A DNA stretch of 64,000 bases. Source: Octopus sinensis. Lineage: Eukaryota. The DNA is taken from the NCBI RefSeq assembly GCF_006345805.1, contig NC_042999.1, positions 43,958,001 through 44,022,000 of the forward strand. Reading direction: 5' to 3'. The position numbers were made by a program, and so were the translations under genes. The first letter of the stretch is position 1, and every line of letters starts with the position of its first letter. The notes below the pieces were generated by a model. That model made no database searches. It was not told the origin of the DNA and saw only the letters and a program-made list of their open reading frames with translations. Below, in pieces: positions 36,281-48,964 of the stretch.

Positions 36281-36860
36281 AATGCCCTGATGCAGTACCA
36301 GACAGTGGCTCTCATGGCTTTTGATCATAACTGATTGGAAGTGTTATCATGTACATTGTTTTGTCTTGGTATAAAAGATGGGCTACAGCAAATATTTCTG
36401 CTCAATACCACAGATTTGCTTGTCAGTTGTTTGACCATAACCAGTTGAGCATGTCCCTTAGTGGCTGACGATATGTGCATCTCTGATCATGAGCAGAAGT
36501 AGTAGTAAGGGAGAATCATAGCCATGTGTTGAGAGGTATTGTTTGGGGTTTGAAGAAGTCACCTCTGGAAACATGGGTGTTATGTTCAACATCCTTAAAC
36601 AACCCTTATTCAGGGACCTTTTGAGCAGGATGGGCTACTTGACCTGAAAAAATTCTAACTGGGCCCCACCTGCAAGGTCATGCGCTGTTTATGTTGATGT
36701 GAGATCACCATGTCGTGTACATAGGGTTGAGATGCATGAGCCTGTTATATCCTTATCAGACGGGTAATCATGATGGGTATACTGGGCTTCATATACTTGT
36801 ACCCCAGTGTCACATTGATGGCATGCACTGCTCTCTCACTCAATAATAATGATGATGATA
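36281..36860 (+). mobile_element. Probable non-LTR retroelement 3' region or unclassified interspersed repeat
   Basis: A more GC-rich ~580-bp block ending in an (AAT)n/(GAT)n tail. I recall it as an abundant octopus repeat, but it is single-copy in this window. Confidence 0.45.
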
Positions 36861-37794
36861 ATGATTTCAAATTTTGGCACGAGGCCAGCTATTTCTGGTG
36901 GTGGTGGGAATAAGTCAATTACATGAACCCCAGTGCTTTAGTTGCACCTATTTTATCAACCCTGGTAGGATGAATAATAAAGTAAAATACTGCTTTTTAC
37001 TGATAGACGTGACATTATTATGGTTTAAAAGGAAGAGGGAAATTAAGTTTATAATGGCCAAGAATGCACCATAAGGGAATCTAAATACCTAGTCTTTGGT
37101 GAAATAACTGTGCTGATAATAAATAACTCCTTCAGGTAAATTTTACCATAAAAATGTGAGGATTGTATTGTTGATGATGGTGGTGGTGGTGGTAGGTATT
37201 AAACCTTATCTTCATTTCACAGAAATTGCAGTGTTGTTGCTGATGCTGTTGGTGGCAGATTTTTGTTTAAAGCTCTTTACTTAATATTAGGATATGATTA
37301 GATAATAATTTAACTTATTTGCATTAGGCTTGAAGTCTTAGATGGATTTTTATAAACTATTTCTGTTTCTTAGTGGATAATGTGAAGAGATTCACGGATT
37401 ATCCATGAGTCACAATATTGCACAATATTTTGTTGTTGTTTTTTTTTGTATTTTTCTCTCTCTAAATTGCATTCATTGATTACTTAATTGTTGTTTGGCC
37501 CTAGGTCAGTCCATATCAGGCAGTCCTATGATTTAAAGTATTCTAACCATTGATCATGTCTTTACGTATTCAAGTCTATAAAATCTTGCCATGGTCAACG
37601 TTGTCTTTCATCCTTCTGGGGTCGTTGGTATCAATTTGCTTGCCTTGTGCTTAAATTAGAAGTCCTAAATCTATAAACAAATTATTAATAATAGTTTATT
37701 AATTTGTCTTGAATGTTTTTGCTTAAGGGAAGCAGATTTATGTGCATTGACTAAGGTTACAACTTATAATTAAGAGGTCTAGATATAAGACCTT

Positions 37795-38025
37795 AATAAT
37801 AATAATAATAATTATTATCTGAAGTATATTAGCCACTTAAATGTGGCTAACCACTAAGGGTTGATGCTACTGTAGCTTGTAGCCCCAGGAGAACATCTTC
37901 TCCAGCTGACTATTGACACTTTCTGTGCCCTATAAGTATTTGCAAAGAGAAGCCATCCTTCCCATCGTCGACCTGACGTGATACGCACGGACCCGGGTTT
38001 CTGGGTATTTCTGAGGAGAGTGTTT
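37795..38025 (-). mobile_element. Probable LINE 3' end with an (ATT)n tail
   Basis: (AAT)n run at the left, a subterminal hairpin TTAGCCAC-TTAAAT-GTGGCTAA, and a CpG-containing body. Confidence 0.45.
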
Positions 38026-38599
38026 GTCGATTACATCGACCCTTTTACTTAACTGCTATGTATTTCATCAACTCTAAAAGGATGGATGACGGACAAAGTC
38101 AGCCTCAACAGAATTTGAACTCAGAACAGACGAAAATGCTACAAAGCATTTTTGCCTGTAATTTTGATGGAAGAGGTTAGTCAATACTATCGATTCCAGT
38201 ATTTGACTGCTACTTTATTTTATCGACCCCTGTGAGATGAAAGGTAATGTTGATCTCAGCTGGTTTGAACTTGGAACATAAAGAACCAGATCAAATACTG
38301 CAATGCATTTTACCCCCCAACGCATTTGACTATTTATTCTGCCAGTGATGCTGATAATCAGTTTCTCTAATTTTTCTGTTATAACTGACAAGTGATCAAA
38401 GTAAATAAATTGATTCTGAGGTTTAACCTAGATTTTATTAGTTCAAGACCCTGTTTTTAATATGACTACAACTACTACTACTACTACTACTACTACTACC
38501 GCATGGGCTTTTAATCTTCGTAGTTGATCAAGTCATTGATAGATTACTGGCCAGTATTAATAGGATTATTTTAGTAAATAATAAAACCACTCCGTGTTC

Positions 38600-38994
38600 A
38601 TAAACAGCAATGCTAAGATGTGTAACGCTATCAATTCACCAACTGCCCTCAACCCATCAGGACTTGCTGCCAACAACTTCTGAGCTGAGAGACAACTACC
38701 TTCATTGTTATTGAAGCGTATTCATTACAAATAACTTATATTAGATATATATTTTTTTTAACTGTTAGTTTTTGTTTCTGTATCATGAATAATATTTTGT
38801 CACACATGAAGTTACTGCTGAAAATAACTGGCAGCTGGCTGACGGCAAACTTTCTCAAGCAGCTGTTTAACATGTCAGCTTTCGGTCTCCCTCCAAAATC
38901 TATCACTTCAACATCTTGACAGAATTTACTATATAATTTGTCATAATTTTTAGTTGTGTTTATTTTCGCTCGGTGCAGATAGTTGGATATAACC
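38600..38994 (+). promoter_or_regulatory. Candidate alternative 5' non-coding exon or promoter
   Basis: Unique sequence with several CpGs, ending at a consensus donor AACC|GTAAGT at 38995, 2.5 kb upstream of the acceptor at 41490. Confidence 0.45.
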
Positions 38995-39112
38995 GTAAGT
39001 TTCTAACCATCTTATTTACTCTCTTCCGTTCGGAAAAAAAAAGGTATATACCATTTACTAATTTCTTTGTTTATAAATGATGAGAAGAAATTCTGATTGC
39101 GTGCACTAAACC

Positions 39113-39332
39113 AGCAGTCTCAACCTTTGTTTTTTGCACCAGGGACCGGCGGACATCACGCACATAATAAAACACATGCATAATATAGAATTGACTTATT
39201 ACATATAAATTATATATATAATGCAAAAACGTCCAGCTGACAGCAATCGTCAATAAAATAGAATTAAAATCTAAAACATTTTCTTTCTGTGCCACCCAGT
39301 ACCAAATGATTCGCGGTTCAGTGGTCAGAGAC
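39113..39332. mobile_element. hAT-type MITE, same family as 55726-55970
   Basis: CAGCAGTCTCAACCTTT..TTTTTGCACCAGGGACC start and GTACCAAATGAT near the end. Clearly similar to the 55726-55970 copy. Confidence 0.55.
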
Positions 39333-40217
39333 AAAAAAATATTTAATGTATTTTGCTATTTCTGCACATTACGACAATCTAATTAACCTCAAGATGAAAC
39401 AACTACTAATAATTACTGGTTCTGTTTCCTTTTTGCTGCTTGTAACTTCATAAACAACTTTCAAGCGCGCCCTTTTATCGTAATTGAATTTTCCCCCTTT
39501 CAGGGTTTTTCGTTTACCAAATTGCCTTTGTTTCCCTTCCCTTCCCCTGCCCTGTTGGGGGTCACACTATTGTGTTTTTAGGGAGACCTCTATTGTAGTC
39601 AGCAGGTGTTTTCTTTCATCACAGTTCCTTTACATCTGAAGAATTCTGTAACTTCTTCTTGACACGTTTTTTTCTTCTTTCTGTTGAAGGCCAGTAAATC
39701 TGAGTGCTATGGATAATAACTATATAATCCAATCAATATACGACTGATGTCACTTCTACAATTATATTAATACGTAAATAACTATTCCGTTTTGATTGGT
39801 ACCTCCAACCCACCCCAACTATAAGTGGAATCTACTTAAAAATTCAAAATGGGTCAATTATCTCACCAATAATTAACCTAATTCTGTCATCAATCCATCT
39901 ATTCCACAAATAATTGGTCACATTTCTTAATAATTGATTGTTGCTGATAATAATTATTTTACTGACTTTACATAATTCTTTCAAAATAGGAATTCTGTCC
40001 GGTACTTGTTTATCTGCCCATCCTTATCTGCTCCCTATTTAACAGAGAAAAAGTTAGGGGGGATGAATAAATGATTATTCAACACATTATATTAGAATTT
40101 TTTTTTATGTGGTATTGACATATAACTGGTGTCTTGAGTCATAAATTAATTTCGTTTTTAATCTACATCATTAGTAATGGGTATGGGCAACCTTTTTTGA
40201 GAAGTTAGTCTCATTAC

Positions 40218-40248
<31 letters not shown>

Positions 40249-41490
40249 AAGATAATTTTTCATTTGGTGTACCATTCAGAAATTCAACTGTTCTATAGCT
40301 AAATCTACCACTTTGTCATTGCATTAATCCATTCTCTCCTTTCATTAATTTCATTCTCTCCTGGGCAAGTTTCTGATAAACAAAAACATTTTACGCATTT
40401 TAAAAACAGGGGTTTGTTAGCATTTTGCATTGTATTTTTAAATATTTGCAGCTTTTAAATTTGTTTTTCGTGTTGGAATAGTTGGGTAATGAATGCATTG
40501 TTGATGTGTATTGAAAAATGATTTTGATTCAGTTTGTTTTGAAGCATGGTAGCTATTGGAAAGAATAGGTAGAACATTAGAGGAACTATATTGCAGTATT
40601 TCTTTCAGTTTCATGTATTCTGATTTCAAATCTTCTCAAGGTCAACTTTACTTTTTCATCATTCTAGCATTGATAAAAATATAAAGTAGTAGTCTAGAAG
40701 GGAGGATGGAGTGGTAGAATTATTAGCACACCAGACAGGAGGCCTTGCACCATATCTTCTGCTCATTGCATTCTGAGTTCAAACTGCAATACGGCCTTCT
40801 TGGGTGATAAACTTATTTCATTACCCAGTTTAATGCCACCACTTTATCTTTGGTTCTGTTACAAGCACTGTTTAGGTATCCAGTTTGATGGCAACTCATC
40901 CCCTCTCTCTAGTCTCAGTTCAGTGGTCCTAAAAAAGGATCATGAGTAGCAACCTTCCCTCTTGGTTAAGAAATTTTTTTAAGTTTTCAAAGAAATCAAA
41001 CTATATTTTTCTGCATATAAGCCAATATAGTGTAAATATGTAGTGTAAACATTCAGACATCACCACTATCTCTCCAAATCCTGCTGCATTTCATATGGAA
41101 GTTTTGGTCCGCCAATATGGTTTTGGTATATAAGTTGACCTTGGTCTGAAAAATTTGTCTTGTATGCCTGAATGTATGGTAGTTAGGTAGTGCCAGAAAT
41201 CTCAAATGATTTTGTCTAATAATCTATCACCCTTGCATGTGATGAGAGACTTTAGATACAAGAAGAAAATAAATCTTAGGTCAGGAGTAACTTCCTTTAT
41301 GTACTGGCTGAATTACAAAATCATCTCATCACGTATTTATTTTATACTTAACCAGGCAAAAAATATAGCAAAAAAAAAAAAAAAATGTAACTTTTGTGTA
41401 TTGTTTATTTTCACATGCTTATTTTCATTCTGAAAAATAAGTTAAATTGTTCTTTGTTGTTGACTAAAGGTTGGTTTATTTTATTTGCAG

Positions 41491-41596
41491 ATGATATAAT
41501 CCAAAACCATCTTCCTATCGAATCCGGTCCACAGAAATCTCTTAACATACTTTCGCATTCAATAACTTTTTTCGCTCTGTTGTTCTTTGTGTCACC
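41491..41596 (+). other. 5' UTR part of the first coding exon
   Basis: Polypyrimidine tract and acceptor TTTATTTTATTTGCAG ending at 41490. The main-ORF frame is closed upstream of 41597 (TGA at 41492, then a TAA). Confidence 0.7.
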
Positions 41597-41959
41597 ATGG
41601 AGAATTACGTGCAACAACAAGAGTTTTCTGAAGCTAAAAACCGGATGAGTTTATTTGAATCAGAATTTGAAGATGGTTGCTTCCTGCAAAAGCTGATGAA
41701 AGAGAACTCTCCTTCCTTTCCTAAACGTCGTAGACTGGAAGAGGATGCTCAGAGTTGCATCAGCAGCCGGACTGATTCACCAGTATCTGTTGACAGCTTC
41801 ATGGATGAAAGTTTCTGTCCTACACCAACTGACTCTCCTTCCACTCGGGTGGCAACACTATCGGATTTTAAAAAACATTATAAAAAGGATGAACTTTGGG
41901 CTGCTATTGAATCTAATTACCAATATCTTATGGATGATGAAATCATTGAGACATGTAGG
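41597..41959 (+). CDS. First coding exon (121 codons) of a Klarsicht/AKAP6-like protein (tentative family)
   Basis: ATG in CACCATGG context with in-frame stops upstream. Open frame MENYVQQQEF...KKDELWAAIESNYQYLMDDEIIETCR. Donor AGG|GTAAGT at 41960, phase 0. The W-x-AI-x-x-NY-x-YLMD-x-x-II-x-TC block resembles, from memory only, a conserved N-terminal block of insect Klarsicht-like proteins. Confidence 0.85.
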
Positions 41960-42724
41960 GTAAGTCACAACTATTACTTATGAAATATATTTTTGCTTTC
42001 AATTTTATTTCTTCTTTTCATGCTGGTAACAGATGGGCTACAAATTTATGTGAGACAGAATTTTACTGCCTGATGCTCTTCCTGTTGCTCACCTTTAACT
42101 GTTTTTCAAGTAGGGATTTTTTGAATTTTTTTTTCTTTTCATTTCACCAGTCATAATATCAACATGGAATGTAAACATCATATCAACATTTCACTCAGGC
42201 AGTGACAAGTGAAGTCACATGGAATGACAACATTCATATGCATATGCATACACAAAGACATGTCATGCATATATGACAAGCTTCCTCACAATTTCTGTCA
42301 ATCAAATTCACTCATGAGGTATTATTCTGCCAGGACTATAGTAGAAGATACTTGATTAAAGTGCCACACAGTTGAACCAAACCTGAAACTATATGGTTAC
42401 AAAGCAAAATTCTTAACTACACAGCCATGCCTGTCAGGATCCAAAAACAAAATATGTTAAGACTGTAATGTAATTATTAAGGTAACCAATACAGTTGTTA
42501 TGAATAAATGTATATATAGATTCATAACCATATGTATTTAGTCTCGATGTGAAAGTCAGTCTATAAGGGCATTTTTGGTGATCCAGGACAAGGATCAAAC
42601 TGATTGCTTTCATTGGCTATCTACCAGTTCATCAGGATTTGTTACATTCCCCCTCCCAAACTACTGATGATATGAGCTGAAAGTTACTTTAAATGTAAAC
42701 ATATGTTTACATTTGTTTATATAT

Positions 42725-42757
<33 letters not shown>

Positions 42758-44238
42758 GAACAATTCAATTGACACCACGAGGTTGATGACTAAGAAATAA
42801 TTACAAGCACTAAGTAATTTTAAGTGACTGTCCTTTTTCAAGTGTGACCATTCTTGAAATAAGGGTTCTTTCTGTCTTAAAAAATGGTAATTCAAGTAAA
42901 CAAAATATTATTTTGTAGAAACTTCTCATCTTCAATATCCTTTCTTTTAGGATAGCTTGTTACTTTTTAACTGTTTCGCTGTCACATGAGTTATAGTGGT
43001 AGTTACCAATATATCACCAATAGTTACGTGTGATATATGGTTCCAATTTACCAAGACTATTGCTGCTGCTGTTGCAACAGGCCCTGCTCTTCTCAACTAG
43101 GTAACTGGACACCACTTCAACACAGCCAAAATGACACACCCATTTCCTTCTTTCTCCTCATTCTGACATATTTCACCCCACTCCTAGCTAGGCCTTACAC
43201 TTGACTCTTTAAACAGTCATTTCCTCATAAGCTGCAATCCTTTAGAATTCTTCTCCAATCGTATTTTTCAGGGGTGTATAATATAATATAGGTCTCTTGC
43301 CTGTGTAAAGAAAAAGAAAAAAAAATGTACCAATAATTTATACTGGATGCAGAAGAGTTCTGATTTGTTCAGTTAATTGGTTGTTGTAATAAACAAACCA
43401 ACAACAGGAGATGTAGTAGTTGGATGAAGTTTGTCACACCTCACAATGGAAATGATGCAAGACTGTAACACATTGTAACACAATGCTCTGTTGTAATATT
43501 GTACACATGACCAATCTATTCCAGTTTAGAGAAGGGTGCCACTATACTCAAAAGCTACAAAATTCCCTACCCAATATCCCTCAGTTTTTAAAAATGGTTA
43601 TACATTAGATAATGAAATCTTAGGTACAGCTAAAAAGATGTGAGGCTGGGTCTCCTTAATATAACATGATGTCACTTAAACTGGTTATTCTTTGGATGAC
43701 AGATCTGCTTGATCAAGGCTGACTTGTGACTAACAATTCTAGCTTAAGAAAATTAATTATTGTTGGTGACGCTGGTAATGATAAATCTTATGATTTATAA
43801 CTTCTTACTCAGTAGGTCAGTATTGACCCAGGCATTATAAGAACATACACAATGCTACTTCAGGCATTGTGGTTTGTATTTCATCTTTTTTCATGCTTTT
43901 GTACTCCCCCCCCCCAACAAACCACTTAATTTTAAATGTCAACTCAGAAAATTGGGGGCCTCCTTAATATAGCATGATGTCACTTAAATATTTCCAGCAA
44001 TGAATTATGATACTGCTGAACTTCAAGATGCTTGACAGAAAAAAAAAAAAAGTTTTAATATCTTACATTGAAACTTTGTACAGTCATTATGTTATGTGAT
44101 TTATGTATGAGAAGACATATTGCCCTACTTGAACTCAGTGAAACTAACAGAAATTGGTTGGCAATATCTCTGATGTCAGTAGTGTGTTTAAAGCAACAAA
44201 ATAATAATAATGTCTAACTGTTCTTTTATGTTTTTTTA

Positions 44239-44583
44239 TTCTTTTACTTGTTTCAGTCATTTGACTGCGGCCATGCTGGAGCACCACCTTTAGTCGAGCA
44301 AATCGACCCCAGAACTTATTCTTTGTAAGCCTAGTACTTATTCTATTGGTCTCTTTTGCCAAACCACTAAGTTACGGGGACGTAAACACACCAGCACTGG
44401 TTGTCAGACACACAAACATATACATACATATATACGACGGGTTTCTTTCAGTTTCCGTCTTACCAAATCCACTCACAAGGCTTTGGCCGGCCCGAGGCTA
44501 TAGTAGAAGACACTTGCCCAAGGTGCCACGCATTGGGACTGAACCCGGAACCATGTGGTTCATAAGCAAGCTACTTACCACAC
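44239..44583 (-). mobile_element. SINE family B, near consensus
   Basis: Clean reverse complement of the family B tail, body and head. Confidence 0.9.
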
Positions 44584-44939
44584 ATCCTATATTAAAAACT
44601 GTATTAAAAAAATTTATTTAATGGATCTGTTTTGAAGAATAACTAAAAATTTCAACAACTGCATCAACAAACTTAAAGCATGTAATTTCCCCCAGTTGGT
44701 CATATAATACTTGCTGGTTTGTCCCTACCCCCTAATCCAACCTTGACAATGATGATGATGGTGGTGATGGTGGATTCTTCCTAATTTTCTATGTTGAGCA
44801 TTTAGTTGTTCAATCAATTGAACTGCCTACTCATTGAACTGGCTGAGTATTCCAAGCTGAAAATTCTCAAGCTGAAATCAGTGTGATACCACATGGGATA
44901 AGACTGGACATTTTATCTTTCTTTAACTTGCTGGGTCTA

Positions 44940-45180
44940 GAAGGAAATGCCTAGGGTCTTCACAGGCTCTCCTAGACCCATGAAGTTGAAGCCACTAATG
45001 TTAATCTTGAACCTTTGTAAGGCAACACTTGAAGGAAAGACATGTGCCAGGAGGGAATTCCAAAGAGCTGATATTCTTGGAAGGAATGGCTGGGCATAGT
45101 GATGAGTAAGGTGGATACCAGATTGATAAGAGGAGGAGAGGCAAGTGGGTCAGGAATACTTGAGTGAAAGTGACACAAGC
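44940..45180 (-). pseudogene. CR1/Jockey-type LINE ORF2 C-terminal relic
   Basis: Minus-strand translation FLPRISALWNSLLAHVFPSSVALQRFKINI matches the FxPRxxxLWNSLP..VFP...L..FK C-terminal motif. Confidence 0.7.
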
Positions 45181-45520
45181 CTATCTTGCCTGCCTCCACA
45201 AACCTGACCCTTCACTTAAACGTTTCTCCCCAGTCCTTCCTCTACAAGTTGCAATACTAGACTGCCTAGTCTGTTCATATTTTCCCTTCAGACATGGTAC
45301 AAATTAAATATCCACTTGAACAACAGTGGACTGCACCAATCTTGATGACACTTTGTGACTTAGTCCTCATTTAGAGTAAATCATAATAATTATAAGTATT
45401 GGTGCTATTCCAAGAAAATACCAACTTTGAACTGAGGTGCACTGAAAAGTGCTTTATTGTGGACATACCCAATTACTTGCCAGCATGGAAATATTGAAAG
45501 TAAAAATCAATAATAACATC

Positions 45521-45729
45521 CCTTTCTATTAAAGGCACAAGGCCTGAAATTTTGGGAAGGGAGTAGTCAATTACATGAACTCCTATGTTTCACTGGTACT
45601 TTATCGGCCCCAAAAGGATGAAAAGCAAAATTGACCTTGGCGGAATTTGAACTCAGATTGTAAAGATGGACAAAAATACCACTCAGCATTTTGCTCGACA
45701 TGCTAACTATTCTGCCAGCTCACAGCCTT
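45521..45729 (-). mobile_element. SINE family A, alternative-tail variant
   Basis: A body with the CCTTTCTA..AGGCACAAGGCCTGAAATTT tail (reverse complement). Confidence 0.8.
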
Positions 45730-46214
45730 AATAATAATAATAATAATAATAATGCTAGTCATAAAGGTGCAATGTGTGGTAGATACAAGAGCATTTTTCT
45801 CTTAATCTAACAGTAGTCTTTACATCATTATTCAGTGTTAGAAAGAGCAACCAAATTCCCTGCAAGTCACATCCAACCATCTTATAAAATGATACATTGG
45901 ACAATGTAGTCTATGGTATACAATGCCTAAAGAGAGTGATAGTCATGATTGGAATACTCTTAATCATAGGTTTGCTTGTTTAGGGCAGATCCGTGGCTAA
46001 ACAAAAAAACAAAATTCTTTTTACAGCTCATAATACCACATCATCTCATGTAGGTTATTCTGTCTGCATTGATGTTTTCTAACATCTCTGTATTAAAACT
46101 GACAAAATGCATATTTATCCTTGTCTTAATCTCACCTTTATCTTCCCTTCTCTCTCTCCAAAAATTTTTGAAAATGAGCTGTTATATCACAATTCTAAGG
46201 AAATTTGGTGTTAA

Positions 46215-48480
46215 CCCTTTTGAAATGGTTGGCGTAAATTTACGCATGCGGTGTACATACAGTTCTATATTTAAGAGATGAGGAATTATGTACATGCTTT
46301 CAATCAGTCAACGTAATTCTACACTGCCTGAGTTTGTACGGGTCCCCCTGCCAACTGATAGGCTGATTCTGCCATTCCAGCTCTGTCAACTTTGTCATCG
46401 CATCCTGTTTCATCGAATTTACATTCGTTGTGCCAAGCTACACCAAGCTCCACCACCTCACCAGTTGTTTCGTCTTGTTTGTACGATGACTTGGAGAGTG
46501 AGTATTTTCCTAGTTCAGGATCAGATTATTCCAATAGCAATGATTATATTCTGGTGAATCAATGGTACAGGTAGGCAGCAGTGAATGGCCCTAGACAACA
46601 GAATGTCATGTGGCAAGCAAGAAACAATTTCGTCTGACAGCATGGGTTTACTAATACGCCTGGCATAAAGGCAAACCTTGAATATGGAAGTTTGCCATTG
46701 GAAATCTTCCATGAGTTTTTGACTGATGAAATGTTCCAATTTACAGCAGACGAAATGAATGACTCTGCTGAAAACTGTCTCCAGTATGTCAGACTCAGGC
46801 ATGGCAATAATTGGTTTCCAACCACAAGGGACAAAATAAAAGTTCTGCTGGCACTGCTGATACTGAAGAGCATCATTAGGAAACCAACCCTGACGTCATA
46901 TTGGAATCTGGATCCAGCCATTTCAACACCTTTCTTTCCAGAAACGATGCCATGTGATCGATTTTTGGTGCTTTTTCAAAATCTACATTTCAACTCAGAT
47001 GAGAACCAGGATGACAGGCTGCACAAAATATGTCCTAACGTTCAGAACAGTATATGTCCCCATACAGGACATTTGTATAGATGAGTTTGTGGAAGTTGAA
47101 GGGAAGGCTCTAATTCAAATAATACAACCTGACCAAATATGCCCACTTTGAAGTTGAGATTTATAAAGTATGCCAGTCAACTGGCAGAGCCTTTGGGTAA
47201 GTGTGGAGTTGTGAAATCTACACTGGTCAGTACAGATTGGATCTTCCAGTGTCTGCTCTAGCATCAACTGATATCATGTTGTCACTGAATGAAAACGTGT
47301 TTGACAAAGGCTACAATTTCTATATAGAGAACTGGTTTTCCAGTCCAGACCTCTTCCTGTAGCTGTAGGCAAGGAGGACTAATGCCTGGGGGACGATGAG
47401 GATGCACAGGAGAAAACATGCCACCCAATCTTCACAGGATAAAACTTTGAAAGGGGAAAACAGTGTACCAATGCACCAATAGTAGCATTCTCGCTCCAGT
47501 GTGGCACTGACAAGAAAAACATCTGTATGTTAACCACAATGATTTCTGCAAGCATGAAGGACATTAGGAAACAACATGCGGACTGTAATGCCATAATGAA
47601 ACTGAGTGTAGTTGTTTCCTAGAATGAAGGGATGGGCGGGGTTGATTCCTCAGATCAGCTGACGACAACACACAAATTGAGAAAATTTGTGAAATGGTGC
47701 AAAAAACTTTCTTCTTGTATATAATTGACATGTGTGTAGTGAACTAATGTTTGATTTAGCAGATGCTTGGCAGTGTGTGTGGGGGTGTGTGGATTGACTT
47801 TCAGGAATCTTATTCCATGAAATGATAGAAGCATCAGACCTGCCAAAGTACAGAAGGTGTGGACGTCCCCACGCCAGACTCTCCTTACCACATGGTAAAG
47901 GGACATGGACGTCCCCACACCAGACTCTCTCCTCACTGCATGGTTAAGGGACATGGAAATTTTTTATGATTGTTACCTACCCACTGCCAAGAAGGCAAAT
48001 GCTTCAAAGAGAGCACAGTATGTAAAGCCAAAGGGAAAAGTAAGGAAACTAAGCACCATTGTTCACAATGTAATCTGCCAGTGTGTGGTACCCTGTTTAG
48101 AACTCTACAACACTGAAGTTAATTTTTGAATTCATGTGATTGTAAATACATGAAGTTGATCTGACTTGTGCTGTCAAGTGATCTTATTCAGGAATAAAAC
48201 CGCATGAGCGTCCTGCACAGGGATATAGTTTAGCTAAATAAACAGTACTTGCACTAAAGCAGTTGACGTAAATTTATGCCAAATGTTATCTCACACTGAG
48301 TGCTGACCTCAATCAGTGTGATTACTGTTGCCGTGTGCAAACAACCAAATCACTGCCATAAACTGGTTAAAACAGTTAATGTAAATTTATACCAAACCAT
48401 TGTCGTGCACTAATTGCTGATCTTAGCCAAGATGATTGCCATCAATGCAACATAGTTGCTTGATTAAAAAAAAAAAACTG
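46215..48480 (+). mobile_element. Decayed piggyBac DNA transposon, near full length
   Basis: Left end TTAA|CCCTTTTG (TTAA 46211-46214). Internal transposase relic. The subterminal motif GTAAATTTA(C/T) occurs near both ends. The right terminus is not cleanly identifiable. Confidence 0.85.
46392..48129 (+). pseudogene. piggyBac (PGBD4-like) transposase pseudogene with multiple stops and frameshifts
   Basis: PLEIFHEFLTDEMFQ...WFPTTRDKIKVLLALLIL..IIRKPTLTSYWNLDP...TPFFPETM..DRF..LFQNLHF..DRLHKI, then VYVPIQDICIDE, DKGYNFYIENWFSSPDLF, WTDKKNICMLTT and a Cys-rich C-terminal relic. These are hallmark piggyBac transposase blocks. Confidence 0.92.
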
Positions 48481-48596
48481 TTGTCATGGTGTTAAACAAC
48501 ATCTTGGTTAAGATAAAAATTCTTTAACCTTTCTTGTGGTATTTGATAGATTCAGCTCTACCAGATCTTTCAAAGATACCTTTATAATTAGTTTAA

Positions 48597-48964
48597 CCCT
48601 TTTGATACCAACCTACCTGAGACTGCTCCTGGTTCCATGATATAAAATCCCTGTTTTGAAGTGATCTCAATTAAAGCTGTCCATCAGAATTTCATGTTTA
48701 TTTATGTTCCAAACAACCAGCTTAATAATGTTAGATATTACTAAATTCTTCATTATTTTCAAAATTAAATTAAAACAATATTGGCGTTAGGAAGGGCATC
48801 CAGCCATAGAAGCATTGCCAGATCAGACTGGGCCTGGTGCAGCCTTCTGGCTTCCCAGACCCCAGTTGAACCGTCCAACCCATGCCAGCATGGAAAGCGG
48901 ACACTAAACGATGATGATGATGATGATGAGTAGCAGTATATTTCCTTAGAAACATAACAAAAGG
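48597..48964. mobile_element. piggyBac-type MITE P1 with a nested SINE D fragment
   Basis: TTAA|CCCTTTTGATACC ... AACAAAAGG|TTAA, with SINE D at 48781-48928 inside. Confidence 0.75.
48781..48928 (+). mobile_element. Retroposon family D, 5' truncated
   Basis: TTGGCGTTAGGAAGGGCATCCAGCC ... (GAT)n. Confidence 0.85.
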
